A stretch of 64,000 nt of DNA from contig OX597814.1 in NCBI GenBank assembly GCA_951406725.2, positions 188,170,001 through 188,234,000 of the forward strand, given 5' to 3'. Of the stretch, positions 26,384 to 39,364 are shown one piece after another. The notes beneath the pieces are model-generated. The model searched no databases. It saw nothing but the letters and a program-made list of their open reading frames with translations, and had not been told where the DNA came from. This stretch comes from Octopus vulgaris (Eukaryota). Both the position numbers and the translations under genes were made by a program. The stretch's first letter is position 1, and each line of letters begins with the position of its first letter.

Positions 26384-26830
26384 AGTTCTATATTTAAGAG
26401 ATGAGGAATTATGTACATTATTTACATTATTTACATTTGACAGATATTTGCCTTATTTGTTGTTAACACGTTTCGGCTGATATACCCTCAAACCTTCTTC
26501 ATGTGTCTTGGGGAAATTTCGAACCTGGGTTCTCATTCCTAAAGTAGTTTTTGATGTTATTATGCCCACGGGCATATGGTGTAGTGGTTAAGAGCGCGGG
26601 CTACTAACCCCAAGATTCCGAGTTCGATTCCAAGCAGTGACCTGAACAATAACAATAATAATAAAAAAAAAATAATAACATCGAAAAATTCCTTAGGAAT
26701 GAGAACCCAAGTACGAAATTTCCCCAAGACACATGAAGAAGGCTGGAGGGCATATCAGCCGAAACGTTGTGTTAACAACAAACAAAATGAGGACAAATAT
26801 CCGTCGAATGTAAATAATGTAAATAATGTG
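26384..26830 (+). mobile_element. tRNA-headed SINE with Penelope-type hammerhead-containing tail and 5' inverted copy of the tail
   Basis: Inverted arm 26384-26563; tRNA-like head 26569-26640 (tggtgtagtggtt A box, gagttcgattcc B box); direct arm 26672-26830. Flanked by tatctggatatat (26371-26383) and tatttggatatat (26831-26843). Confidence 0.8.
26728..26773 (+). ncRNA. Minimal type I hammerhead-like motif (C3 altered to A)
   Basis: gacac ATGAAGA a ggctg[gagggcatat]cagcc GAAA cg TT gtgtt; palindromic aacgtt stem III. The inverted copy at 26465-26507 lacks the cleavage triplet. Confidence 0.6.
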
Positions 26831-27506
26831 TATTTGGATATATTTATGAATGAATTCACCAATTGTTATCGTTCAATGAAATATTTTTGTGATTGCAAGA
26901 ATGTAAAATAAGAGAAAAGTGATGAATGGGGGAAGTTAAGTATATTCATATGGACAAGACCGCGTGTAGGACTAGCGGAAGATTTCAGCATTTCGGACAG
27001 TTACCTGTTGTAGCACGTAATAAGGATAGAAGGTTAAGGATCTTCTGGATGCAAACACACAAATGACATAGTCTGTGTTAGTTGAAAACAATATTGTAAC
27101 AAAGAGAGATGTATAAAATGCTATGAAAACGCTTGTAGGTCTAAAGTCGAAAACAAGATGTTTCCGTTCGGATATTTGTATAAAATTTTTAAATATATTT
27201 ATCAATATTTTATATATATATTTGCCAATATTTGTTCTTTTGATCATATCAATCTGATATTTTTTTTTTTGTGTTTTATTTTTTTTTTTTTTCAGCCTCT
27301 GGACTACGGCCATGCTGGGGCGCCGCTTTGAAATGTTTAGTAAAAAAAAAAAAAACGATTTCAGTACTTATTTTAAGTCCGGTACTTATTCTATCGATGT
27401 CTTTTGATGAACCGCTACGTTGAGGATGTAAGCAAATCATCATCGGTTGTCAAGTGGTGGTGGGGACAATCACAAACTGAAGCACACACACACGCGCACA
27501 CACACA

Positions 27507-27551
<45 letters not shown>

Positions 27552-28049
27552 CGGGCTTCCGTGCAGTTTTCGTCTGTCAAATTCCCTCACAAGGCATTGG
27601 TCAGCTCGGGTTTATATTAAAAGACATTTGTCCGAGTTGCCGCACAGTCGGATTGAACCTGAAACCACGAAGTTACGAAACTAGATTCTTAATCACACAG
27701 CCATGGCTGCGCTAACAAGGAGAAATTCCTTACGTTTACAAGAGATCAAGCGTGTTCTTCGGACTTTTTCTCATCTAGACATCCTCCACTCAGTGTTTGT
27801 AACAAAAATATATCACCCGTCTGTCTGTCTTGTTTCTTGTTATATCAATAATATAATAATATCTGAAACTTTTACACTGTATTAAAACTGCTTTCTTCTG
27901 TTCGTATATTGTAATAATCCCATTATTTCATCCTTTGCGGTGTTTCCTCATTGGGTGCAGAAATTCAGCTTGCTTGGGATACCTACAACCTACAAGTCGG
28001 CCCTAGAATAATTCTGCCTGTCTGTCCTCTGTCTAGTTATATTACTTTC

Positions 28050-28765
28050 AAGTTTTGGCTCAAGGCCAACATTTCTAGTGGGAAGGGCTAGGGCGAGTAG
28101 ATCTTCTCCAGTGCTCAGCTCATACTTATTTTATCGACCCGAAAGTATAAAAATGAAAGTCGATTTCAGCGGAATTTGAACTCAATAATGCTGCTAAGCG
28201 CTCCGCCCGGCGTGCTAACGATTCTTATTTCTTTATTGCCCCAAAGGGGCTAAACATAGAAGGGGCAAACAAAGACAGACAAAGGGATTAATTTGATTAC
28301 ATCTACTCCAGTGCGCAACTGGTACTTAACTTATCGAACCCCGAAAGGATGAAAGGCAAAGTCGACCTCGGCGGAATTTGAACTCAGAACGTAGCGGCTG
28401 ACGAAATACCTATTTCTTTACTACCCACAAGGGGCTAATCACAGAGAGGACAAACAAGGACAAACAAACGGATTAAGTCGATTATATCGTCTCCAGTGCG
28501 TAACTGGTACTTAATTAATCGACCCCGAAAGGATGAAAGGCAAAGTCGACCTCGGCGGAATTTGAACTCAGAATGTAACAGCAGACGAAATACGGCTATG
28601 CATTTTGCCCGGCGTGCTAACGATTCTGCCAGCTCGCTGACGAAATACCTATTTCTTTACTACCCACAAGGGGCTAACCACAGAGAGGATAAACAAGGAT
28701 AGACAAACGGATTAAGTCGATTATTTCGACTCCAGTGCATAACTGGTACTTAATTTATCGACACC
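28050..28765 (-). mobile_element. Cluster of tandem SINE B units
   Basis: Four successive units; fixed junction gacgaaatac|ctatttctttactaccc at 28409 and 28648. Confidence 0.9.
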
Positions 28766-29646
28766 CTGGTTTAATTCTGAAAGGTTCGCGAAGACAAAAA
28801 ATTCTTTCATTTTTGCAATATCAAATAATTTATCAAATACGTCAAATTTTCGTGAATGCTACACAATAACCCATGGAGTAGGGATTAAGTGGAGGCCTGC
28901 AACATAAAATTGACTTCAAAAATTCCAACAAAAAAACTAAGAGATATTTCGCTAACTACTAAATGTAAAGTGTGTTTCATTGGAAAACTACTAAGGGTCA
29001 CGGAAGGTTTTAATTTGGTTAAAGGTTGAGGAAGGTTGAGATATTTCTTTACTTATTTGAAAACTTCAAGCTGGCAATTATGTTCTGAGTTCTCTATCTT
29101 CTGAGTTCAAATTCCGCCGATTTCGGTAAATTAAATACCAGTTAAGCACCGAGGTCGATATAATCGACTAGCCAACCCCTACACAATTTCAGATCTTGTG
29201 GCTGTAGTAGAAAAGATTCTAACTTTATTTCTTTTTGTGTGGCAACTGGTTATAGATTTTCAATGGGTTCCGTCACTGGTTAACTACGATTCTGATGACG
29301 TGAGCGACAAGGGAGTATTTGTAACTCGATGCCAATCAGACATCTCGAGAGGCTTCCGAATTTTTTTTTCTATATCCTTCAGAGAAAGATATAATGCATA
29401 CACGCACGCACTCACAAGCTCATACACACACATTTGTGACGAAGCTTGACGTACGTGTATATGGGTGCATGCACGCACACATACACACACATACACAATT
29501 TACCAAATCAGACGCAAAGTATTAATGAACCTGAGGGCCCTAAACTAGAAGAGCCAGGCTGAAAACCAAAATTGTTTTCAAATCTGCTTGCTGACGAAAG
29601 GCTATTAAACTCACAATTTGGTAGAAACCACTTTAGTTAACAATAT

Positions 29647-30062
29647 GTTTCTTTACTACCCACAATGAGCTAAACATAGAGGGTACAAACAAGGACAGAC
29701 AAACAAATTAAGTCGATTATATCGACTCCAGTGCGTAACTGGTACTTATTTAATCGACCTCGAAAGGATGAAAGGCAAAGTCGACCTCGGCGGAATTCGA
29801 ACTCAGAACGTAGCGACAGACGAAATACCTATTTCTTTATTACCCACAAGGAGCTAAACATAGAGGGGACAAACAAGGACAGACAAACGAATTAAGTCGA
29901 TTGCATCGACCCCAGTGCGTAACTAGTACTTAATCTATCGACCCCGAAAGGATGAAAGGCAAAGTCGACATCGGCGGAATTTGAACTCAGAACGTAACGG
30001 CAGACGAAATGCGGCTACGCATTTCGCCCGGCGTGCTAACGTTTCTGCCAGCTCGCCGCCTT
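29647..30062 (-). mobile_element. SINE B dimer
   Basis: Two units with a 184-bp period, junction at 29828, head at 30012-30062. Confidence 0.9.
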
Positions 30063-30276
30063 CATTCTCAGTTGACAATAATTCTGGAAGAAGAAATACT
30101 TAGTTTTCCTATCTGCTTTCACTTTACTTATAGGCCAAGTCTATTAAGTTGCACACATTTTATTTCACATTCGATTGATATTGTCATAAGCGGAGATAAA
30201 CCGTCCCAAGTGCATATACAGAAACACACACACAAGCACACACAAGCACACACAAGCACTCACTCACTCACACACA

Positions 30277-30468
30277 CATCATCATCATCATTGTTCGACC
30301 GTGGTCGAAACAATGGAATTTACCATGCTACGCCAGACTTCACGGTCCATCATGGCATTACGGAAGTCCTGTTGCTGGATGCCTGTATCCCTGGAGATTA
30401 CATCAGGGTAGGAGAGTGTGCGCCCTCTGGTGTTGCGAGTAGATGGCTTCCAGAGGAGAAGAGTAGAA
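30277..30468 (-). mobile_element. 3' end of an RTE-clade LINE with (TGA)n tail, inserted in a (CA)n tract
   Basis: LLLWKPSTRNTRGRTLSYPDVISRDTG...AMMDREVWRSMV* (cf. RTE C-terminal W.P...RGR....D......DR..WR), followed by tgatgatgatg. Confidence 0.8.
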
Positions 30469-30556
<88 letters not shown>

Positions 30557-30848
30557 CTCACACACAAACACACACACACAGACACACACAGAAACGCATA
30601 GAATCGTACGCATATGATCCATATACGCATACACATACTCAAGATTTACGCGCATGCAAACACAGACCCGTACAGAGGAAGTGTGAAACACACAGACATG
30701 GAGAAGGAGAGAAGAAAGAAATGAACGCGATATGCGAATGAATGAATTTGTCAACTAATGAGCATCTAATTGACAAACACACACAAACATGTGCGCGCAC
30801 ATACTCATACACACTACATCCATATATATATATACACATACATATATA

Positions 30849-31255
30849 CAGGAGTGGCTGTGTGGTAAGTAGCTTGCTAACCAACCACATGGTTGCGGGT
30901 TCAGTCCCACTGCGTGACATCTTGGGCAAGTGTCTTCTGCTATAGCCCCGGGCCGACCAATGCCTTGTGAGTGGATTTGGTAGACGGAAACTGAAAGAAG
31001 CCTGTCGTATATATGTATATATATATATATGTATGTGTGTGTGTATTTGTGTGTCTGTGTTTGTCCCCCTAGCATCGCTTGACAACCGATGCTGGTGTGT
31101 TTACGTCCCCGTCACTTAGCGGTTCGGCAAAAGAGACCGATAGAATAAGTACTGGGCTTACAAAGAATAAGTCCCGGGGTCGATTAACTCGACTAAAGGC
31201 GGTGCTCCAGCATGGCCGCAGTCAAATGACTGAAACAAGTAAAAGAGTAAAGAGT
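30849..31255 (+). mobile_element. SINE A copy
   Basis: Full-length family A copy. Confidence 0.92.
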
Positions 31256-31512
31256 ATCCATATATATATACACATACACAAACACACACAACTACACACA
31301 CGCACACAAACAAATATATATATATGACTGGAGGTATCGTTTCTGTACACACAGATATACACACACGCGAACAGATTGACAAACGTATAAACGTAGATAT
31401 AACAATAATGAAGTGATTATAATTATGTTGGATATGAAGTAGGATACGAAGTGGCATGAAACCTGTTATATTCATTATCTGGATCGACACAATTTTTGGT
31501 GGTACACGAATT

Positions 31513-32005
31513 TATGTATGTATGTATGTATGTATGTATGTATGTATGTATGTATGTATGTATGTATGTATGTATGTATGTATGTATGTATGTATGTATG
31601 TATGTATGTGTGTGTGTGTGCGTGCGTGTGTGTGTGTGTATGTATGTGTGTACGTATGTATGTATGTATGTATGTATGTATGTATGTATGTATGTGTGTG
31701 TGTATGTGTATGTATCTATATCTAAATGTATGTATGTATGTATGTATGTATGTATGTATGTTTGTATGTGTGTGTGTGTGCGTGCGTGTGTGTGTATGTA
31801 TGTGTTTGTGTGTCTATGTATATATATGTATGTATGTATGTATGTATGCATGTATGTGTGCGTGTATGTATGTATGTGTGTGTATGTATGTATGTATGTA
31901 TGTATGTATGTATCTATTTATCTATCTATTTGTCTGTCTGTTTATCGATCAATGAATTTATGTGTATATGTATGTGTGTACGTATATATCTATATCTATA
32001 TCTAA

Positions 32006-32083
<78 letters not shown>

Positions 32084-32085
32084 GT
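31513..32085. repeat. (TATG)n/(TG)n/(TATC)n compound microsatellite
   Basis: Direct reading. Confidence 0.97.
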
Positions 32086-32493
32086 ATCTTACACACATAT
32101 ATATATATGCACACACTACACGGATACACATGAGGACTACATAATTTTGATTGTTTGTATCCGTGGGAGTGTGTGCTTGTGCATGTGTGTGTGTGCGCGC
32201 CCGTGCTTGCGTGGGTGTGTGCGTGTGTGTAGGGGGAGCGTGCGTGCGTGCGTTTTTGTGTGTGTGTATGGATGTGTGTGCATGCGTACGTGCGTTTGTG
32301 TGTGTGTGTGTATGTGTGTGCGTGTGTGTGTGTGTATGTGTGTGTGTGTGTGTCTGTTTAAGCTCGTTTGTGTATTAGTGCATCAGACAGACCTAATGAA
32401 TGAAAATACGAACGATTAGCAAATATACATATATGAACTCATATATAAACATACACACATACATATACATACATACATACATACGCACGCACG

Positions 32494-32531
<38 letters not shown>

Positions 32532-33214
32532 AGCGTATTTCCACGCATAGATATGTACAAGCACGCATGCACTCACACACGCTTTTATAGATACATTCAT
32601 ACATACAAGTATGCGTAACAAACATAAACACGTAAAAGTAATCACACACATACACACAGACACACACACGCACACACACGAACGCACACACACACACACA
32701 CACACAAGGGATTCCGAAAAGTTCCAGTCTTTGAGTAAAAGAAAATACTGGAGAATATGTTAATTATCTTTTTTTTTCAACATATTCCCTTCTCAAATTC
32801 ACACACTTATTTCAGTGGTCCTTCAGTTTTTCTAAGCCCTGTAAAAAAAACTCGGTAGGTTTTCGCGTTACCCATACAGATATATACATATGTTCACAGT
32901 AACTCGGATATTTACAAATCTGTGGGATGAGCTTAAAAAACATCCTTGCCACTTTTGTGACCGGCTGGAATTCTACGAAATAGTTCTTTTAAAAAAATCT
33001 TTAAGAAAAATACATACATTCTTACATACATACCTACATAAATGCATCCATGCATACCTACCTACCTACCTACCTACCTACCTACCTACTTATATACATA
33101 TGTATATACACACATATGTACATACACACATATGTACATACATGTCTATCCCCCCTCTCTCTATCTCTATCTTTTTTCTTTCTTTCTATATCGCTCTCTT
33201 TGTCTGTGTTTGTC

Positions 33215-33644
33215 TATGTATGTATGTATGTATGTATGTATGTATGTATGTATGTATGTATGTATGTATGTATGTATGTATGTATGTATGTATGTATGTG
33301 CGTATGTATGTATGTATGTATGTATGTATGTATGTATGTATGTGCGTATGTATGTATGTATGTATGTATGTATGCATGCATGTACGTATGTGCGTATGTA
33401 TGTATGTACGTATGTATGTATGTATGTATGTATGTATGTATGTACGTATGTGCGTCTGTATGTATGTATGGATGTACGTATGTATGTATGTATGTATGTA
33501 TGTATGTTTGAAATGTATGTATGAAATGTATGTATGTATGTATGTATGTATGTATGTATGTATGTATGTATGTATGTACGTATGTACAGAGAGAGAGAGA
33601 GAGTGTGTGTATGTGTGTGTGAGATAGATATATAGATAGATAGA

Positions 33645-33704
<60 letters not shown>

Positions 33705-33845
33705 AAGAGCGGTAATTACCTAAAAAATAATCAAAACTACTGAAGACTTAAGATACGTTACAATCACACACATGAATACAGGAAGAGAGGAAGAACGAGT
33801 GAGCGAGACAGACTGAAAGAGAGAAAAAGAGAAAGATAAATAGAT

Positions 33846-33902
<57 letters not shown>

Positions 33903-34003
33903 AAGAAAGAAAGATAGATAGAAAAAAAGATAGATAGATAGATAGATAGATAGAGATATATAGATATATATATAGAAAGATAGATAGAGATAGATAGATA
34001 GAT

Positions 34004-34062
<59 letters not shown>

Positions 34063-34222
34063 GATTGATAGATAGATAGATAGATAGATAGAGATTGATA
34101 GATAGATAGATAGATAGATAGATAGAAAGAAAGAAAGATAGATAGATATATAGAAAGATAGATAGATAGATAGATAGAGATAGATAGATAGATAGATAGA
34201 TCGATAGATAGATAGATAGAGA
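33215..34222. repeat. (TATG)n, (GA)n and (GATA)n microsatellite block just inside FABP intron 1
   Basis: Direct reading. Confidence 0.95.
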
Positions 34223-34571
34223 TGTGGGGGAGTGATTGAAACAATAATCAACATTGAAAAGAAACGCAAAAATTGAACAAACACAACTCCAAAAAAGAAA
34301 AAGGAAAAAAAGCCGGAAAGATAAATACAAAAGTCACCCGTAATTTCGAAATAAAAGGAAAAGTTAGAAAAGAAAAGAAAAGAAAAGAAAAGAAAAGAGA
34401 AGAAAAAAAGAAAGATAAAGATGTAAATGAAAGAAAAAAATTAAAAGATCACCCCTCATACACACACGCATGCAAAAATCATATAATCGACGTCCAAATT
34501 CCTAATAAAAATGTAAATAAGTAAATAAAGAATTGGATAAATAAATGTAAGAATCTGTTTCTTTTACTCAC

Positions 34572-34647
34572 CTATGGCTGAGATGAGACTGTCAAACCCT
34601 TCCTTAGTCTGCTCCTGCCATTTACCAATGAAACCGTTTAGGGACAT
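34572..34647 (-). CDS. First coding exon of a fatty acid-binding protein (FABP / intracellular lipid-binding protein) family gene; remaining exons not found in window
   Basis: Minus strand reads gaccATG TCC CTA AAC GGT TTC ATT GGT AAA TGG CAG GAG CAG ACT AAG GAA GGG TTT GAC AGT CTC ATC TCA GCC ATA G|gtgagt = MSLNGFIGKWQEQTKEGFDSLISAI(G). It matches the iLBP N-terminal pattern F-x-G-K-W-x(5)-E-x-F-D-x(4)-A-x-G. The 76-nt length and phase-1 intron within the Gly codon are the conserved FABP intron-1 position. A at -3 and a consensus donor are present. Confidence 0.88.
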
Positions 34648-34681
34648 GGTCGTTTCTAGATGGTGATAAATGCTCTGCTGC

Positions 34682-34683
<2 letters not shown>

Positions 34684-34712
<29 letters not shown>
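34684..34712 (-). promoter_or_regulatory. Putative TATA box (TATATAAAA) at the edge of a (TA)n tract upstream of the FABP start codon
   Basis: Minus strand ...atatatatataaaacagcagcagagc...gaccATG; TATAAAA lies about 40 nt upstream of the ATG. Confidence 0.45.
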
Positions 34713-34718
<6 letters not shown>

Positions 34719-35878
34719 CAGATGCGTCCCGACAGGGATAAAATGTTCAGATGGACTGAGCTATGAGTTTTCTCTCTCGTCGTGTTTGAGAAAAAAAAAA
34801 ACACCCAACAAATAAATCAACTTGCTGTTATTGCCTCCGGCACCCTACCTTCCTTTTTTAGTTTTCCTTGTTTTTTTATTTCCTCTCTCTCTCTCTCTCT
34901 TTCTCTTGCTGCTGCTGCTTCTACTACTACTGCTGCTGCTGACGCTGTTTTACTGTTTCTCAGTGCTGCTGCAGCGACGACTATTCTTCTTCTCCTTGTT
35001 GTTTGTTCTTGTTTGTTAATGCTTAAAACTCTTTACTAACACTTTATTACTGCTACTGTTTGCTTGCTGTTACCACTGCTGCTGCTGCTGCTGTGTTGTT
35101 GTTGATCGTGTTGCTGCTGTTACTTGCCACTGTTACTTGCTGCCGTTTCAGTATAATTGTTATTGTTACCGTTGCTACTGCTGCTGCTGTTGTTCTTCTT
35201 CTTATTATTAATGGTGGTGGTCGCGGTGCAAGACTTGACTTCACCGTTACTGCTTCTCCTGTCAAACTTCTGCCAAAGAAGTAACTTCCTTTATCCTAAC
35301 ACAGCTTATTCTTATTTACCGGCTTTGCTGTTCTTTACTTGTTTATATATAATAAATATAAATATATTTTATACACCCAGTCAGAAAACACGCGTATATA
35401 TCTATATATCAATCGCAATATATACACAGCAACTTATTAAAAGTATATGCTTGTGTCTCCTCTCATACATTCATACATATATGTAATGTCTTTATATGTG
35501 TGTATGTATATATTGACGTCTATCTATTTCTTAGTATTTATTTATATTCGCTTTTCCTTTTTCTTAAAATCCGCTTGTGAAAGTAAATTATCCTTCCCTT
35601 ATCTTAAAGCTGTATTGGAGATATATTCGCGCTTTACACTTCAGACATCGATATTTCTTTAGAGTGATGCTCTTTACTGCTTAAGTTTCCCCTCAAAAAG
35701 AGTTTAGTTAGATAACAGCCAGTGCGTACAAGGCAACAAGCCGCGCCGATAGTGACGAGAGTGTGGCACGTTAAACGTTTATATAGATGTTTATGTTTGA
35801 GCCTGCGCACGCGCGTCTATTGTTTTGAAAGGTATGCTGTCTTTCCATGCCCCGGTATCTTAACATGTGCATAGCTGT

Positions 35879-35965
<87 letters not shown>

Positions 35966-36199
35966 CCTGTCTCTCTGTCTGACTTTAACTATGTTTGTAT
36001 GGATGTACGATTGAATATTAATATGTAAGTGCATGTATATATATATATATATGTGTGTATGTGTGTATATGCATGTGTAATATACATACATACACACACA
36101 CACATATATATATATATACAATGTGTGTGTGTGTGTGCACATAAGGATATATGTAAGTGTGAATGAATGTATCTATTTACACACACATGTATGTATATA

Positions 36200-36291
<92 letters not shown>

Positions 36292-36299
36292 TATTATAT

Positions 36300-36342
<43 letters not shown>

Positions 36343-36657
36343 GTTATATGTATGTATTGGATACATACATGCTGGGTACCGCCTACTATGGGATAATCTA
36401 TTACATCAACCCCGCAAGTAATTTTTCGTATCAGATGGAAAAAGCCAATATGGAACTGGGCGGGATTTGAACTTAAGAGATGTCAATACCTCATACCACA
36501 AGTGTGAGGGATTGACATCGTTCTATCGTCTGCGTTACCTTCTTGGCCTATGTATGAATTTTATGACACATGCGCGCACGCACATTCTCACACGCATAAT
36601 TATACAATGTATATAGGTGAGTGTAAGTATTTATATGCATATATGTGTGCATGTGTG

Positions 36658-36729
<72 letters not shown>

Positions 36730-36849
36730 ACGCACGCACGCAGATGCACACACACACACACTATCACACGGATTGTCCAAAAGAATACAGAAATCTATAT
36801 ATATGTATATATGACATGTATGTATGTACGTATATGTATGCATGTATTT

Positions 36850-36890
<41 letters not shown>

Positions 36891-37029
36891 ATTAAGTTGG
36901 AATCAACAAAATATACATATATAATATAAATGTCTATATATATATATATATATGCTAACACATATATTATACATATATATGTATGTGCATTTTTTACAGC
37001 CTGGCCATCCATCCATCCGTCTATCCATC

Positions 37030-37262
37030 TTATTTCTTTCCTGCCTACAAGGGGCGAAACCTAGAAGGGACAAGCAAGGACAGACAAACGAATTAAGTCG
37101 ATTATATCGACCCCAGTGCGTAACTGGTACTTATTTAATCGATCCCGAAAGGATGAAAGGCAAAGTGGACCTCGGCGGAATTTGAACTCAGAATATAACG
37201 GCAGACGAAATACCGCTAAGCATTTCGCCCGGCGTGCTACCGTTTCTGCCAGCTCGCCGCTT
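37030..37262 (-). mobile_element. SINE B monomer
   Basis: Complete head-to-tail family B copy. Confidence 0.9.
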
Positions 37263-37284
37263 TAATCCATCTATCTATCTATCC

Positions 37285-37360
<76 letters not shown>

Positions 37361-38019
37361 ATAACCAATAAAATTAGTTACTGTTACTCGCAAGCGAGAA
37401 CTCACCATGCTTTCTCTAAGTGTTTTGGATGCCTACATAGTTTTAACAACATGAAACCCCTCGCGGCCCTACTACCAAAATAGAACCCCTCCCCTTTCGG
37501 GCTTACCACACTGGACCCAACCGAAAGTGAAACATATAAATGTTGTAAAGAAAGGGGGCTACAACAGATCTCGACTGGTATATCCTTTCAGTTGTGTAGA
37601 ATGAACCAACGTGAAAAGAAATGTTTTGCTGAGAGAAGATAAAGATCATTTCCCTTCCAACAATTGAACCCAGGACCATATGAGCGTGGACACACCACTA
37701 AGCAAATGGTCCACTTATTTTTACTTATACAGATGGGCACACACATATACACATACATACATACATACATACATACATGCATACATACATACATACATAC
37801 AGGCATGCATACATACATACATACATACATACATACACACATACATACATACAGGCATGCATACATACATACATACGTACATACCTACCTACATAATACA
37901 TAAATACATACATATATACATACATACACACAGGCGTGTATATATATATATATGTGTGTGTGTTTGTGTGTGTGTGTATGTGTGTGTGTATATTTTCACG
38001 TAAATATATACGTATATAA

Positions 38020-38072
<53 letters not shown>

Positions 38073-38143
38073 CATAAATATAAACACGTATAGAAAAATA
38101 TACATTCATATATACATGTATTTACATATATGTATGCATATAT

Positions 38144-38193
<50 letters not shown>

Positions 38194-38347
38194 TTATATG
38201 TAATGCATTGTTTCATAATGATAAGATGAAGAAAAAAAGTACTCCGTCTGAACATGTATTTTGTCTATTCAATTATATATATATATATCACTTTATACAT
38301 ACATATATATTTATATTACTTTTTATGTATATACCTATACAAAGAAA

Positions 38348-38432
<85 letters not shown>

Positions 38433-38944
38433 GTCTGTCTGTCTATCTGTCCGTCTAAGAAACTAACTATCCAAAAATATATACGCAAATTTATGATTTT
38501 TCACTAAGAATCAATTGTAGAAATCAATACGTAAATGTATTTATAATTGAAAAGCACGAAATCGCTAGTAGTCTGAGTTTCAATTTTTCGCTGTTCAAGT
38601 CGATAATCCGAGCCTGTTTTCTCCTAGATTATCTCACGTTTGAATATATTTTTGAAAAAGTAAAAAAATAAAAATATATATACATATATATTCAAACGAG
38701 AGTTATCAAAGAGTTATCAAAAAACGCCTGCTTATAAAATCGTCTGCTTATAAAAACGCCTGCTTATAAAAACGTCTGCTTATAAAATTGTCTGTTTCAA
38801 GTTCACGCTTTATATTTTATTTCTGACTCCCGCGGTTTTTAATACGATAATCTTAATCGTCTGCAGGTTTTTGGCAAAGTATCTAACACTAAGGTGTTTT
38901 GAAGTTCTAGGTTCCATTATCATATAACTTTCTATTATCAGCAA

Positions 38945-39258
38945 GTGAAGGCGCGTGGTTTCAGGGTTAGACTATTTGGCTCGCAATCCTAAGGTCGTGA
39001 GTTCGATATCTGGGAGTTCCTTTGTGTCCTTGATCACTTTATTTCATGCTGCTCCAGTCCACTCAGCTGGCAAAAAATGAGTTGTACCTGTCTTTCAAAG
39101 GACCAGCCTTGTCACACTCTGTTTTGCGTTGAACCTCCCTTAGAACTACGTTAAGGCTGGCTGTGGAGTACTCTGCCACTTGTACGTTAATTTCACGAGC
39201 AGGCCGTTCTGTTGGTCGGATCACCTGGAAACCTCGTCATCGTAACCGACGGAGGGAC
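38945..39258 (+). mobile_element. SINE head D with tail type i
   Basis: gtgaaggcgcgtgg...gagttcgat head, gctccagtccactcagctgg body, tail matching 3345-3530. Confidence 0.8.
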
Positions 39259-39364
39259 AGTTTATTATCAGCATTATGTACATGGTTTTCTCTTTGATGT
39301 GTAAATACCCATTTCAGTGACGTATTTACGCACCTACTCCTACATACACATAGAGGTGTGACTA

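Noticed and set aside
26569-26640. tRNA gene (loop CUACUAA)
   Set aside because: A and B boxes are present but the acceptor stem does not pair, and it runs straight into a repeat tail; treated as a SINE head.
28050-28765. CRISPR-like repeat array
   Set aside because: Units are wholly repeated SINE sequence with no unique spacers, in eukaryotic DNA with no cas genes.
28859-28896. FABP exon 2 candidate after the acceptor attttatgttgcag (G-L-H-L...)
   Set aside because: In-frame stop after 12 codons and no FABP similarity.
32358-32392. FABP exon 2 candidate after ttcattcattag (G-L-S-D-A-L...)
   Set aside because: In-frame TAA after about 10 codons, running into a microsatellite.
34880-35290. 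Ala/Thr/Leu-rich ORFs upstream of the FABP exon
   Set aside because: Products of (CTG)/(TTG)/(CTA) low-complexity sequence open in several frames; no domain signal.
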